Shown: piece after piece, positions 48,492 to 61,318 of the stretch
Layout of the letters: each line of letters begins with the position of its first letter
How positions within the stretch are numbered: position 1 is the stretch's first letter
Source of the DNA: Paraspadella gotoi
Lineage: Eukaryota; Animalia; Chaetognatha
Assembly (NCBI GenBank): GCA_051294375.1
Contig: CM119267.1
Location: 15,850,105 to 15,914,104, forward strand
Reading direction: 5' to 3'
Length of the DNA stretch: 64,000 bases
Translations under genes and position numbers: made by a program
Notes under the pieces: model-generated
What the model was told of the DNA's origin: nothing
Databases searched by the model: none
Seen by the model: only the letters and a program-made list of their open reading frames with translations

Positions 48492-49489
48492 CAGTTCATC
48501 TTCGCTTCATATCCCTCTTCCTTTCGCCCTCTATTTTCCCAACCTTCATGTTTTTTCCCTATCAATTGTCCGTAACTTCTTAACCTTGAGCTAACCACTA
48601 AGCACTTGTTAGTTTCTTTGTAGACTACGCTAATTTTTTTTACCCCACGAATCTTCTCTTGTCAATTTTTTAACTCTTTTCGCTTTCCACGACTAAATCG
48701 GCATAATTATTTCTACAACTTCCTCATATGAACGCTTCATTTGGCTCTTCCCCTTGCCTTTTGAGACTATATTATATACAAGATTGTAAAAAATGAGGAG
48801 GACCAAGCTTTGCTGCGAGGGAAACCCCGGGGCTCGGAAGGATTCTACTATCAATTGAAAATTTCTCGCAATTATTAGTTCGTTTTATCGGCGGGTGTAT
48901 GTCCAAGAGAGAGTTGGTACTACGGGGAATCAGTGTAGTGAGAAAGAAAGTTCTGTTATGCTTTATTCATCGTGGGTGTCGTGTATTTCGAGTAATTGAT
49001 CGAGTTGGACGGAGGCGGCTTCTTAAATCTGAAGGTAAGACATGGATGAATGGTTTTTTCTAGGAACTTATTGCACTATATGCATGGCGTCGTTTCTGTT
49101 TTGCTTTCATTTTTAGGTTTCGGAAAAGGTAAGAATTTGAAGTCACAAAGTCTTCTAATTATCGGTCATCCATTCGCAATTCCAATATCGAAGTCGTTCA
49201 GCCCAATCTTAAAGGGAAACAGTTCTGCCGCTTCGTGCTTGTTATTTATTTTCAGGTGATAATAATATTCTAAATGTTTTAAATTTATTAAAAGATTATT
49301 ATATGCCTTTATTACAGTCTCTAGTAAAATGAAAAAATTATAATATTATAATGAGATTGATCGGTCATAATTAAATTTTTATAGCTTTAGTCATCACATT
49401 AGTAATGGCTAATGGTTTAACTACAACTGTATTAAATAAATCGTTCTCTATTTTTAGTCGAAATCTGCTTATAATCTGCTTATAATCCA

Positions 49490-49830
49490 CTTTGTCGGTC
49501 CCCCCCCCCAAATCTTGTCGAACACTCATGTCAGAACATCGAATTATGATAAATTGTGCCAAGAATGATGTCCGTCCGTCTGTCTCTGTCTGTCTCTCTG
49601 AAGTTCCGTCCCACGTTTTAATGAAACTCCAATTACTCGTGATTGGATGGAGTGTGGTTAGGAAAGTGTGTGATGGAGCTGGATATAGTTTCGATGGAAT
49701 CGTGCGAGTGGAAATGCCGGTTGACCAAATTATGGCAATTGGCCAAATTATGCCAATTGACCAAATTATGCAAAATTACCAAATTATGGAAGTTGACTAA
49801 ATTATGCAAGTTGGTATAGGCGCAGCTAGT
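49490..49830 (+). mobile_element. Non-autonomous Helitron/Helentron-like repeat with a GTCY microsatellite and an 18-bp tandem
   Basis: Homologous to 26800-27023. Contains gtccgtccgtctgtctctgtctgtc, about five accaaattatg-core 18-mers (49723-49808), and ends in ...gcagCTAGt. The class assignment is tentative. Confidence 0.5.
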
Positions 49831-51898
49831 TGTAATAATTGATAGATCAATTGATTTATAGATTTTTTCATATATTTATTAAGTCTGTTATGATTTGTTA
49901 TGTTACAATTTGTTATCTGTTAAGATCACAAATTGAAAGTCAGAAAATAATATTACTGCGATTTATTATCGGATTAGCTTATTACCGCTTAATTTAGGCG
50001 AAAAATCTTGCTTAAAAAAAAATTCAACATTTTTCTAATCGAGATTTCCGTTCGAATCTGACTGCCCAACTTTACAAACGAGCCTGCAAGAAATTCCGGT
50101 AGAAAACAGTTGTAAAAACACCCGATTCCGACAGCTTTGCATCTCAAGAGCTCGTTCCTTTCTTCTTGTGGAATTTGATAAAGATTTTACTATCAAACAA
50201 GCCAGGGGAAATGGACTACTCGTCTCCGGAGGATTTTCATACCTTATTTTTACTATAGAAATGAAAGAGAAATTTCACTTTTTTAAAATTACAAACGGGA
50301 TTAGGTTATGTTAGCATTATAAATGGTACTTCGAATTATGAGATTCCAAAAGCCTTGTCCCTAGAGCTCGTTCTCTTTTTCTTTTTATTATTGACCAAAT
50401 TGTTCATATTAAACCAACATGGTAAAGTGAATTGGTCTAGTTTTCATCGCGAAATTTTTATTTAAAAAGAAATTAAAAGGAAGGTTAAGAGAAAAAACTT
50501 ATTTTTCCTAATATCTTTTGAAGGAACAAAGATAAAGGGATGGCAATAGTACCAAAATGAAGCCATAATCATAGGGCACATACAAGATACAATTTTAGAA
50601 TTATTTTTGCTGAAATCTCTTTACAGGGTGAGTGTCAAACTAAGTCAAAATTATAATTAATTTTAAAACTAATGACACCCCATAAGAATAAATAAAAATT
50701 AAATTCTTTTTAATGATTCTAAAAAAAAAAAGCTAAATTGTACTCTAGTAAAACTTAAAAGTTTTTTGGATAAAGAAAATGTAAATTTTTTGTCACTTAA
50801 ATAATTGCTTGTCTAATTTTACAAGCATGCTTACAAAATTCTACAAAATATTATTCACCCCATCACAGTCTAAGTATTTATCTTTCTTTTTCACCAGCAA
50901 AAAGTAAACATTATCTTATTTTAGAGAACAGGGATGTTTACTGAAAAGAGCCAGAAGATGTTCAACTTCTTCACTTTAATGTCAGTTTTTAATAATAAAA
51001 TGGGCAAATTTTTTAATTACTCAACTTTCACAGGCTTCACAAGACATTACACTTTCACAATATCCCAATGTTAATGTAATGTATTATATTTTTTTACCTA
51101 GAAATTATAAAAGATTAACGAGCGATAGGAATCCACAACTTTCTAAAGGAAAAAAAATTAACTAGCGGAATTATAAGTTTGTAAGACTAAGAGGCAGTCA
51201 GAATCGGCGAAAATCTTAAAAGGCGAGAATGTTGAAAAAAGAGGAATTTTGGTTGTTTTTGGTCGATTTCTTCTAAACCCATGGGCCAATTTAGACGTAA
51301 CTTAAGATTTACATTATTCCAGTCATTCTCTATCCAAAAATATAAAAATATTATGAAAAAAGGTTTGGGATCGAGTTTCGGAATTTGGTTCTACTTAATT
51401 ATCGTAGGCTGATCCGACATTGTTTGCTCAAACTTGTTTTAAACTCGAGTTTTTTTACTTTTGTCGATTTTTCTGTAAATAATTTTGTTTTATTTTAGGT
51501 TTGCGCGTTAAACTTAAAGGTTTGTGCGATAATTCCAAAAGACAAAAAGACACGGCGAAGGATCACGAACATTACAAATAAAAAAGCAGAGATATTTGTT
51601 TACGCCTAATTATATAATTTTGTTGAGCTTGATGAATTATTTTTTTGAGGCTTTTTTTGGTCGTTATAAGCAGAATTGATTTAAATCATAATGATAATAA
51701 AAATATTAATGATCATTTTTAGCGGATTTTACCCGTCTCCGGAAATTTTCAATTTTATATGAAATCTTGATATTGATTTAAATATTGGCCCTGTAACGAC
51801 CGTTCTAGTCTTTTCTGACTTGTAAATATTTACAATTTGAATTCGTTTGAACAATAGATTAATTTTTGTTTTCTTTATATAGATATCTTTTTTAATTG

Positions 51899-54800
51899 AT
51901 GCATAGTTTAAGGGCTTTTATCGCCACAACATTCAACTCGTATAGGCCTGTGATAACAGGCATTAAACAAACTCATCTCCAATCGAAACCGAGATCATTT
52001 GGCGATCGAATTTTTAACCGTGAATCGCTCGTCAGCGGACTTTTTTCCACGCAATCCCGCGTGGGAGGCATGGCAGATAACCAGTTCTGTATAGAGTACG
52101 CTGCTCGTGGAACCGCGGCTTGCAAGAAATGCAAGGAAAAGATCCCCAAAGAAACGATCCGCATCGCCAAAATCACTGCGAACCCCTTCAACGATGATCC
52201 CAACGCCGTCCTTAAAAATTGGCATCACGTCAAATGTATTTTTGATGTCTTTTCCCGCGCGCGAGTTTCGACTAAGACGGTCGAAGACGTCGACGAGCTC
52301 ACTGGATGGAATACAATCAAGCCCGAGGACCGCCCGGCCATCCTTAAACTAATAGAGGAAAATTCTGCGCGGTTCGAGAAGCTCCGTGCCGGGCAAAAGA
52401 AAAAGACGCCGGTGAAAGGCGGCATTACTGATCCGTCCGTGCCGAAAGCCTCGGTCCACAATGCTGAGGGGGCGTCTCCGGCGAAAGCGTCTGGGCTTGG
52501 CGGCGGCGCGACACCTAGTTTCGTTACCAAAACCGATGTTAGTCACAAGGACAACTCGTTTCGATCGTTCAGAATTCTCGTGGCCAATATCGCCGACACA
52601 CCGGGATATTTGGACAAAACCAATCTCATTAAAAGCTACATTACCAAGGGAAATGATGGAGAATTTTTCAAGGGAGACCTATATCTCACAATGAAACTAC
52701 TTCTTCCGGGCGTCGTTAAGCGAATCTACAATCTAAATGCTAAACAGATCGTCAAACTATTCTCCCGAATGTTCGGTGCCAAGGAGGACGAGATGGTCGA
52801 GGACTTGAACAAGGGTGACGTTGCCGAGACTGTTCGTGTGTTTTTTGAGGCTGGCTCCAAAGTTTCACCATCCAAAAAAAGCGTCCTTTCCATTCAGGAC
52901 GTAGAAAACTATTTAAGCGAGTTAGAAAAGGAAACTAAAGAAGACGGTCAACTTCGCGTGCTCGAAAAAATCGCTTGCCAATGCACAGGAAATGATCTTA
53001 AGATGGTCATCAGACTCATCAAGCATGACTTGAGGATGCAAGCCGGAGCCAAGCATGTTTTGGAAGCGTTGGACAAGAACGCCTACGAGGCTTTTCAAGC
53101 TTCTCGCGACTTGATGGACGTGGTGCGAAGGACTCAAGAGGGAACCCTCGAAGTGTCGGCGTCCGTCATGACACCCGTGCTGCCGATGCTGTGCGATGCT
53201 TGCCGCACAGTAGAGATGGCTTTTAAAAAGTGTCCCAACGGCATGTACAGCGAAATCAAATACGACGGGGAACGCGTTCAAGTTCACAAACATGGTAACG
53301 AATTTAAATATTTCAGTAGGAGTTTAAAACCAGTTCTTTCCCACAAGGTAGACCTTTTCAAGGAACACATTCCCAGAGCCTTTCCAAAAGCAGACTCTCT
53401 CATGCTCGACTCTGAAGTTTTATTGATCGACACGAAAACGTCAAAGCCGCTCCCTTTTGGAACTCTCGGCGTCCACAAGAAGGACGCTTTTTCCGACGCC
53501 AATGTCTGCCTCTTTGTCTTCGACTGCATGCACTACAACGGCCAGAGTCTGATGAATCTACCGGTCAAGGAACGGCGACGTTTTCTCAACGAAAATATGG
53601 AGGAAATTCCTAATAGAATAATGTTTTCGGAAATGAAGTACGTCACCAAGCCAGACGATTTGAAAGAGATGATTGCGAGAGTCTTGTCTGAGGGTCTTGA
53701 GGGTTTAGTACTGAAGGACGTAAAGAGCATCTACGAACCAGGCAAACGACACTGGCTCAAAGTGAAAAAGGATTATCTGTTGGCGGGATCCATGGCTGAC
53801 TCCGCCGACTTGGTCGTATTGGGAGCATATTTTGGCAGTGGGAACAAAGGCGGGATGATGTCAATCTTCCTCATGGGGTGTTGGGATGAGAGAACGAATA
53901 AGTTCTGCACCGTGACGAAGTGCCATTCGGGGTTCGACGACGCTCAACTCGCTAGGCTTCAGAAGACGCTAAAAATGATTAAAATCGACAAAGACAAAAA
54001 CAGAATTCCAGCGTGGCTAAAAATTAATTCTACAAACGTCAATCTTGTTCCGGAGTTCATTGCCGAAGATCCTTTCCAGGTTACTGTTTGTAGCTTAGAT
54101 ATACTAATTTTAGGACAAATATATCTCAAAAGTATCTAGTGTAAACAAAACTGAATCTTCCTTTTAACCAGTTTTTTTTAAAAAATCGTCTTGGGGACGT
54201 AAAATTGTCACGAATTGATAATAAATGATTATAATTTGCTTTCTTCCTCCCGTCTTATTTTAGTCTCCGGTCTGGGAGATCACGGGCGCCGAGTTCACCC
54301 GGGCCGAACTTCACACCGCCGACGGAATCTCTATTCGTTTCCCCCGCGTCACGCGCGTGCGAGACAAAACTTGGAAGGAAGCGACGAGTCTATCCGGTCT
54401 CCAAGACCTCTTTAAAAAGTCCAAAGAAAAAACTGACTTTCACTCCCTTCTCGGTATCGATAAGAATGTCGATAAAGACGTTCATCCCGCTACAGCTCAA
54501 TCGCCAGATTTCAAAGCCGACGACGTTGGCCCGCCTCCTCTCAAAGTGGCCAAAGTCTCCCCGACCGAAAAGCCAACAAAGCTCGACAAGGGCAAGTTTC
54601 CGGCAAGAAAAGACGAAACCTCCACCAACGGAGCCTCCTCTGCCTTCATAGACATATTTAGCGGAATTAGGATGTACATCCCCGACGTAGAGGAGAACAA
54701 ACTCTTGCGTCGCTACTTTGTCGCCTTCGACGGTGATCTTTTAGAGGCGCACGAGAGCGAAGACGCGACGCACGTCATCGACGATGTCTGCCCCGTCGAC

Positions 54801-54899
54801 GAATCCAACTCGGTCGTGCGCGTGTCGGCGGACTGGATTTGGCACAGCGTGCGCAAAGGAGTGTTAATAAACGAAGCCGCTTACCGCGTTGTACGGTGA
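51899..54899 (+). CDS. LIG3: DNA ligase III (PARP-type Zn finger, ligase core, BRCT)
   Basis: EYAARGTAACKKCKEKI...WHHVKC zinc finger; SEIKYDGERVQVHK; EGLVLKD...YEPGKRHWLKVKKDYL; WEITGAEF...SIRFPRVTRVR; C-terminal BRCT LRRYFVAFDG...WIW. Exons 51899-54079 and 54264-54899. Confidence 0.97.
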
Positions 54900-55518
54900 A
54901 ATCTTCTGTGCCCTACTGTTTTTATTTTTTTTGACTTTGATATTTGTTAACTCTCCTTTAAGTTATAAACCAATATTGATGTATTAAATTCCAGTTTTTA
55001 TCGTTTCGTTGCTTTTTTTTTTTTTGCGACAATCATGAATCGTGATAAAGTTAACTGGGCCTGGACTGACTTTGGAGGACGTAGTACCCCCTTTTCCGGG
55101 TTTTTGATCTCAAATCGATGACTGTTTTAGTAAGCTTAATTATTTTTTTATTTTTCTCAAGAAGCAATAATTTAACTCTTCATTGAAGAATTTGTCTTTT
55201 CGTTAGTTATTTTTTGGTTTCTGAATTTTAATGAGTTGCATAGAGGCGTAATACGAATGACATAAAAAAACTACAAAGCTGAAGTAAAAGGTTTTCTTTT
55301 ATCAAAAAATATGAATTGGAGCCTGTTTTTAGCTCTCCGAATTTTGCCAGCTTACCAAAAAAATCTCAAATGAGGTTATTAACATTAAAATTTAGGAAAG
55401 CATATTTTTCTGACATACGAAAAGAGCACGTTGATAGTTTATTAAGCTGTTAATGAACAATCTCAAACTTAGATTGACGATTTCTACTTTCAGTTTAATT
55501 TCGAAATTAAGATTCATC

Positions 55519-56991
55519 ATGATATTAGCCACGGGCAGTGCTCGTTTGGGCATATGTTCGTTGATTCTTAAACGTACCGCGGGAAATTCCATTTTGAAAC
55601 CTTTGTACCGTCGAAACTTTTTAACCGAAGCCCAACAATGCGACGAAAAATGGGATAGCGTTCTCTCCGACGCATTGGGATTTGAGCCCCGCGATTTCGA
55701 AGCTTACTCAATAACTTTACAACAAAAGCTAAACTCTTCCCAATTGATCACCCCGGTGGAGATCGATCTGCTATCGCACAAACTTCAGGATGTCGACGAC
55801 ATGATGTCCTTGGAAACGTTCGAGCCGATGCTGTCTTCTGTGAGGCGTAGTCCGCTGGCTGCGAGGCTTCACCCCGGAACTTCGCACGCAATCGTCAGGG
55901 GATATCTCGATATGAACTTGGCTAATAGATTCGTGGATAAGTTGCTACCGTTCAAAGTCGACTACGGTGTTTTCTTGGACCAATACACTTCGAACCTCCT
56001 TCTCAACGACTTTGTTTCCAAGGGCGATTGGAAGAGAGCCTGTCGCATCGCCGAGGACTTGATGCTGCAGGAGACATTTTTTGATTCAATGACACGACGA
56101 GCGTGCATGATCGCCGTCCTTGAGCACTACCGTTCGGGCGGCGTAGACGACCGTGAGGAAAGATGGTCGCGCCAGGTCGAAGCTGACCGTTTAAAATTAG
56201 AAGATGAGGAGGAGGTTTTGGAATACAATCATTACAAACCCAACGGTTGGAAGGACGATCATTTCGATTTGGAGTCGCCTTGGGCGATCGTCGGGAAAAC
56301 TATGAAGTCTTTGGGCGAGGAGGAAGGCGGACGGTTAGGTGATTCTTTCGTTTTGCTGGGCGCGATGTTGGAAGGAAAAGACTCTACTAGCGAAACTCTC
56401 ACGCGTCTCTATCAATTCGACAAAGTCGTCGCCGCCGAAGTCGTGAATATGGTGCTCAAAAAGTACGAAGATTCGGACGACGTTAAAAAAGTCTTGCAAT
56501 CAATCAAATTAGAAGAATTCGATTGCGGCGACGCGCTTCGAACTTTGATCGGGGCGGATGTGAAGGAACACGAGGAACGATTCATCGAGGGTTACGGAAA
56601 GTTGCTCGCGTCTTGGGTGGAAGAACGAAACCAGGCGTTGCAGGCGGAACGGCGCAAAATTCGAGAGAGAGAACTTCGTGATCTTGCGGCCAAGCAGTTG
56701 GAAAACTTGGAGAAGCAAGAAGAGGTTCTTACTTATTTCGAAAATGAGCTCAGGGTGGAACTAATGACTCACATAGCCGAGAAATGCAGCGCGAAGGCTG
56801 AGACTGAAAAAGTACTTGATCCTTACGAGCGATATCTGCAAACGTTACATCCGGAGCTTGTGGATCTCAAGGCCAAGACTGGAAAGACTTGGCTGCCGGT
56901 TCCTTGTCGGATGACGACGAAGGCCGGTAGACAGGCTAATAGACAATATTACTTGTCCGATTATCATCGAGTGCCATGGTGGAGTATTTGA
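55519..56991 (+). CDS. MRPS27: Mitochondrial ribosomal protein S27 (mS27, PPR-containing), intronless
   Basis: Presequence-like N-terminus; RRSP.A...HAIVRGYL; YGVFLDQYTSNLLLNDFVSKGDWKRACRIAEDLMLQE; DDHFDL...GKT; C-terminal coiled coil ending EEVLTYFEN. Confidence 0.85.
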   Translation: MILATGSARLGICSLILKRTAGNSILKPLYRRNFLTEAQQCDEKWDSVLSDALGFEPRDFEAYSITLQQKLNSSQLITPVEIDLLSHKLQDVDDMMSLETFEPMLSSVRRSPLAARLHPGTSHAIVRGYLDMNLANRFVDKLLPFKVDYGVFLDQYTSNLLLNDFVSKGDWKRACRIAEDLMLQETFFDSMTRRACMIAVLEHYRSGGVDDREERWSRQVEADRLKLEDEEEVLEYNHYKPNGWKDDHFDLESPWAIVGKTMKSLGEEEGGRLGDSFVLLGAMLEGKDSTSETLTRLYQFDKVVAAEVVNMVLKKYEDSDDVKKVLQSIKLEEFDCGDALRTLIGADVKEHEERFIEGYGKLLASWVEERNQALQAERRKIRERELRDLAAKQLENLEKQEEVLTYFENELRVELMTHIAEKCSAKAETEKVLDPYERYLQTLHPELVDLKAKTGKTWLPVPCRMTTKAGRQANRQYYLSDYHRVPWWSI

Positions 56992-57089
56992 CCGAGGGGG
57001 AGGGAGGGTGAAAGCAGGTTTCTTGTTAAAAACAATTGTGATAGTTGTTTAAAATTATTGTTTTGTTTTGCATAAGAGTTATTCTAAAG

Positions 57090-60000
57090 ATGGGCGACGA
57101 CAAAAAATACGTTCATCTCAGCAGAGAAACTATCAAATTTTTCGCCGAGCATATAGGATTCCAGGATATACCGGAAGAAGTGAGAATCGTTTTGTTTTTG
57201 CCGTGCCCGTTGACGTACCTCTCTCGAAGCTCACGCTTACCTTTTGCCTCAGGTATGCGCCATGATGGCGGAAGACTGCGGCTACCGTTTGCGGGAAGCT
57301 ACTTATCTCGCTGCGCAGCTGATGAGAAAACATCGGCGGAAGAAATTAACCACAGACGATTTCAACCGAACTCTGCAGTCGTACGATGTTAATCCACTTC
57401 TCGGATACGGATCGAGTAAATACGGGTTTTGTACAAGGCGGTTTCTTATTTTTCTTTCTATTTAAATAATTTCCAACTTTAAAAAAAAATAAAAATACGC
57501 CAAAACGTGTCTCTTCATTTTGAACAGGTTCGGGTTCGGTCTGGAGGCCTCTGCCCGGCGACGCTACTGCTCCTTCAACTTCTGAAGGAGTCGATCTATA
57601 TTTCGCCGATGAACCGGAAGTGGACGTCGTCGCGGAAGCCCTCGATTCTGCGACTGTCTTCGATGAGCATGCCGCCGCTCCTTTGTCCGTCTCGGCACAC
57701 TGGCTTACCCAAGAGCAGTACCCGCGCGTCCTGACACCAACTGGCATAGCGACGACAGCGGCGACAGCGGCGACTGTGTTGGCTGCGTCGCCCGCCGGAG
57801 CTTCATCCTCACCTCAGCCGCAGGGATCGCCGACTCGAAAGTCGAGCGCCAATGCGGCAGCGACCCAGCAAAAAAAAATAAACGACACTCTGTTGGCGTA
57901 TTACGACTCCCTGACCAAGGCGATTCTTGGCAAGGAGGAAACTGCAATGAAGGTCGCGCTGGAGGATCTGAGAACGAACCCGCGAATATCCCCTCTAGTT
58001 CCCTACTTTGTTAACTTTGTTGCAACCGGAATAAAAACGGTAAATCACGACGTTGTTCAATTAACGAAGCTTCTTCATACAGCCAAAGCACTTGTTCAAA
58101 ATAAAAGCTTCAACCTTACCTCGAAACCGTATGTGGAACAGATAGTTTCCAGGTAAGTAGCCAGAATCCTTAAAATATTGAATTGACTTTATTTTGAGTT
58201 TTTATCTATTTGTGTCAGCATCGTTTATTGCTTGATGGAACCTCTAGTCGCTTCTATAAATCCTGTCAACGATCATTGGTCGTTAAGAGATTACGCGGCC
58301 CACCTGCTTGCCATCATATCCGCGGAATGGTCTGACAACTTAACCCACTTGGAGCACGTAATGAAGTCTTTCGAGGTAGTGCTCTGCAATTAAAATGATG
58401 CCGGAAATATTTATCAACGACTGAAGTTGGTTTAAGGACGCTCTGAAAGATTCTTCTCGGCCTTCTTGTTCTGTTTACGGCGCCGTTGCGGGTTTGACTT
58501 CCTTGGGTCACGACCAAATTCAATCTCATTTGATTCCACATCTTTCGCCCTTTCTCGCTCGATTAGAGGTGAGGCTTGGAGAACGACCGAAAAAATATCT
58601 TTATATGTAATTTTTGTTGTTTTTTTTTATCTCGCCAAACGGGCTTAAGCCCGACTTGGGCGAGATTAAGGATCGGCTCTGCTTCTTGTGACCGGAGTCG
58701 TCGTTTTTGTCGTCGTCGTCACGCTTCTTTACTATCGCAAATTATAAAAATTATTTCTATTTCTTTCTCTTTTAATTATGTCACTCTTTTTTTCTGTCGC
58801 TGCTTTTTCTGATTCGTTTAAAAACGTATTTTGCTCTGCTGCGGCTGTCCCGTTTTTTGTTTTTCTTTTTCTTTTTATCGTCGCAATCGCTTTGCATTTG
58901 CGACAATCTCGTAACGCTTTTGGGCATAAGTGGCGTAGGCGTCATCGTCGTTGTTGTCGGCGTTCCAAATTATAGATCGCCTTTTTTATGATTAAATTTG
59001 GGTGTATGAAGCTGAAAATTTATATACAGCTTCTCATTATCAATGTGCTTAAAATTGAGTCAGAACAGTTATTTAATATGTTTTGTTTGTTTTATCAAAA
59101 CAAACAAATTTTCTCTCTTTTATTTTTATATATCTTTCTCTCTCTCTTTTCTCTTTTAATTATAAGTCTTTCTTCCTCTTTCTTTTTCCTAGTTACTGAT
59201 TCATAGGGGGAAAAAACGAGTCTGCAGCTGGCTCTGCAGGGGCTTATTCTTTTTCTCTTTTTTCCTCTCCTGCTGCCTTTTAAGTCTGCAGCTGGCTCTG
59301 CAGGGGCTTTATATTTTTCTCTTTTCTCCTGCTGCTTCTGCTGCTGCCTTTTGATTGTTTTTTATTAAAAAAAAAATTGAATTAGGATTGAACTCGTAAA
59401 ATTAGGCATCGCATTCGTGCATGTTATCATTTTGCTATCGCAACAACGGGTTTTTATTTCGTTTTTTTTTCTGATTAGTTTTTTTTTTTAAAACTGTAAC
59501 TTTAATTTTCTTCGGTATTTCATTATTTTTTTTAATTGACAATCGCAAAATATAATTTTTCTTTCTGTTTATAAAATTTTTTTTTTTCAAATTTTATTTT
59601 TTTTAGTATCAAAATTTGTCGTCAATCCAGATTTTTTTTATGCTATTGCGCCGATCCTTATGCTTTCAATATTTTTACTTTTTCTTACTGACTCATACAC
59701 GCATGTTTTATTTACGATGAATAACTATCATAACTATCATAACTATCAATGAATGATTATCATCCTATCAATTGTTGGTTATCATCCTATCAATATTTGG
59801 TTATCATCCGATCAATATTTGGTTATCATCCTTTCAATATTTAGTTATCATCGCATTAATATTTAGTTATCATCGCATTAATAATTGGTTATTATCGCAG
59901 CAATAAATTACTATTACATCAATCAATCAATTATTATTACAACAATCAATCAATTACTATTATATCAATCAATTACCATTATATTAATTATTCGTTATTG

Positions 60001-61231
60001 CATCAATCATTAATTTTTTTTCCAGATTTTTTTATTAATTTTCTTTGATAGTAACCTCTGGCGAGATCACAATACTTTTAATTTTTATTTTAACGCTTCG
60101 TTTTTACCAAGAAATCCGTGGCTTCGGCTGGCATGAAATCCACGAGACGTCTGGAGCTTTTTTACGTCCAAGGTGCCGTCGTTATCGCCATCGAAAAGTA
60201 TCTTCGAGCGAAAAGTGAAGACTTTCGTTCTCGGGTAATCGAATCGATTCTCCTAAAATCGAGGCAAAGCGACGTTCCGGTCAAAGGCGAACCCGATGTT
60301 GAGGACGTTATGGGCGTTTACCGAACCGCCTATGAACAATTCGGAAGCTCATTGGCTGCGAGGTGGGTACTCGACGATCTTTTTCTAGAATCGTTGGCAT
60401 ATTACCTTTTCACTAAATATTGGAATTTAAAGATGTGTATGACATTTTGTCATGTAATCCAGGTTAGATGCGGTGATTGACAGACCTGAGGTAGCAAAGC
60501 CAATCGTTCCCATTTCCCTGTACGAAGAAGCGGAGGTCGGGAAATCCGGCGACGAAATGTTGAGCGCGATGAAGCGAGAAGTGGAGATGGAGGAGCGAAA
60601 AAAGAAGGTGAAGCAAGGAGGCGATTATGATGAAGAAGAACTCGACGATGACGAAGACGAGGAAAGGAGTTACGAATCCAACGACAACAGCGACTTTGCG
60701 GACGACCGTCTCGTCGTTCGAAGCCAAATCAGTGATCCAGGAAAGACAGGGAATTTCGTGTCAATCGGGAAAGAAAAAAAAAAATCATCGCGTCAAATGC
60801 TATTTATTTTAGGTCACGGCATTAAGCTAACCTTAAAATTGACGAAGCGCTCGCGGACGGAGACTCCGCCATCGAATTCTGCCTCGGACGGCCATCTGCA
60901 CAAAAGAAAGAAGCGAAAGGACAAAGAATCTTCCGCAGACTCTCGCTCCTCCTCAGTAGAAACCGCGGCCCTCTTCGAAGCAGCTGACATTCGCCACGCG
61001 CGACCGCCCAACTTTTGCTTTCGTGTCCTCGGCATGAATCAGAAGGAGACGTGGGAACTCTCCCGGGCCCGACCCTGGAATTTCTTGGTTCCCAAGACGC
61101 GGGAGGATCCGTTAAAGTGGCAACGGACCGAAGCCAAATCTTTCACGCCCGTAACCAAAGGAAAAATAAAAAAGGGGCGGGACAAGCTGGGACGTGCCTG
61201 TCGATCTTGTTCTGTTTTCTCCATTTTGTAA
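57090..61231 (+). CDS. TAF6L: TAF6-like (SAGA) subunit
   Basis: Histone fold LSRETIKFFAE...MAEDCGYRLREAT...MRKHRRKKLTTDDFNRTL...GYGS; MKVALEDLRTNPRISPLVPYFV...VNHDVVQL; EPLVASINPVNDHWSLRDYAAHLL. Distal exons are approximate. Confidence 0.85.
58621..60090. mobile_element. Helentron-associated (DINE-1/HINE-like) non-autonomous element in a TAF6L intron
   Basis: T-rich ends. The 5' ATCTCGCC (58629) has a nearby inverted copy GGCGAGAT (58659), and a distal inverted copy TGGCGAGAT sits at 60059-60067. Internal repeats: agtctgcagctggctctgcaggggctt x2 and ~22-bp ggttatcatcctatcaatattt arrays. Confidence 0.55.
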
Positions 61232-61318
61232 CGCCCTAGTTGACTTTTTATTTTTGTTGATCTCACTCTTTATTATCGGTAACTTTCTTGCTAGTTATAA
61301 TTTTCTGAACTATAAAAG

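Noticed and set aside
49970-51800. Possible transposon remnant between LENG8 and LIG3
   Set aside because: AT-rich with no ORF, termini or TSD that could be defined by eye.
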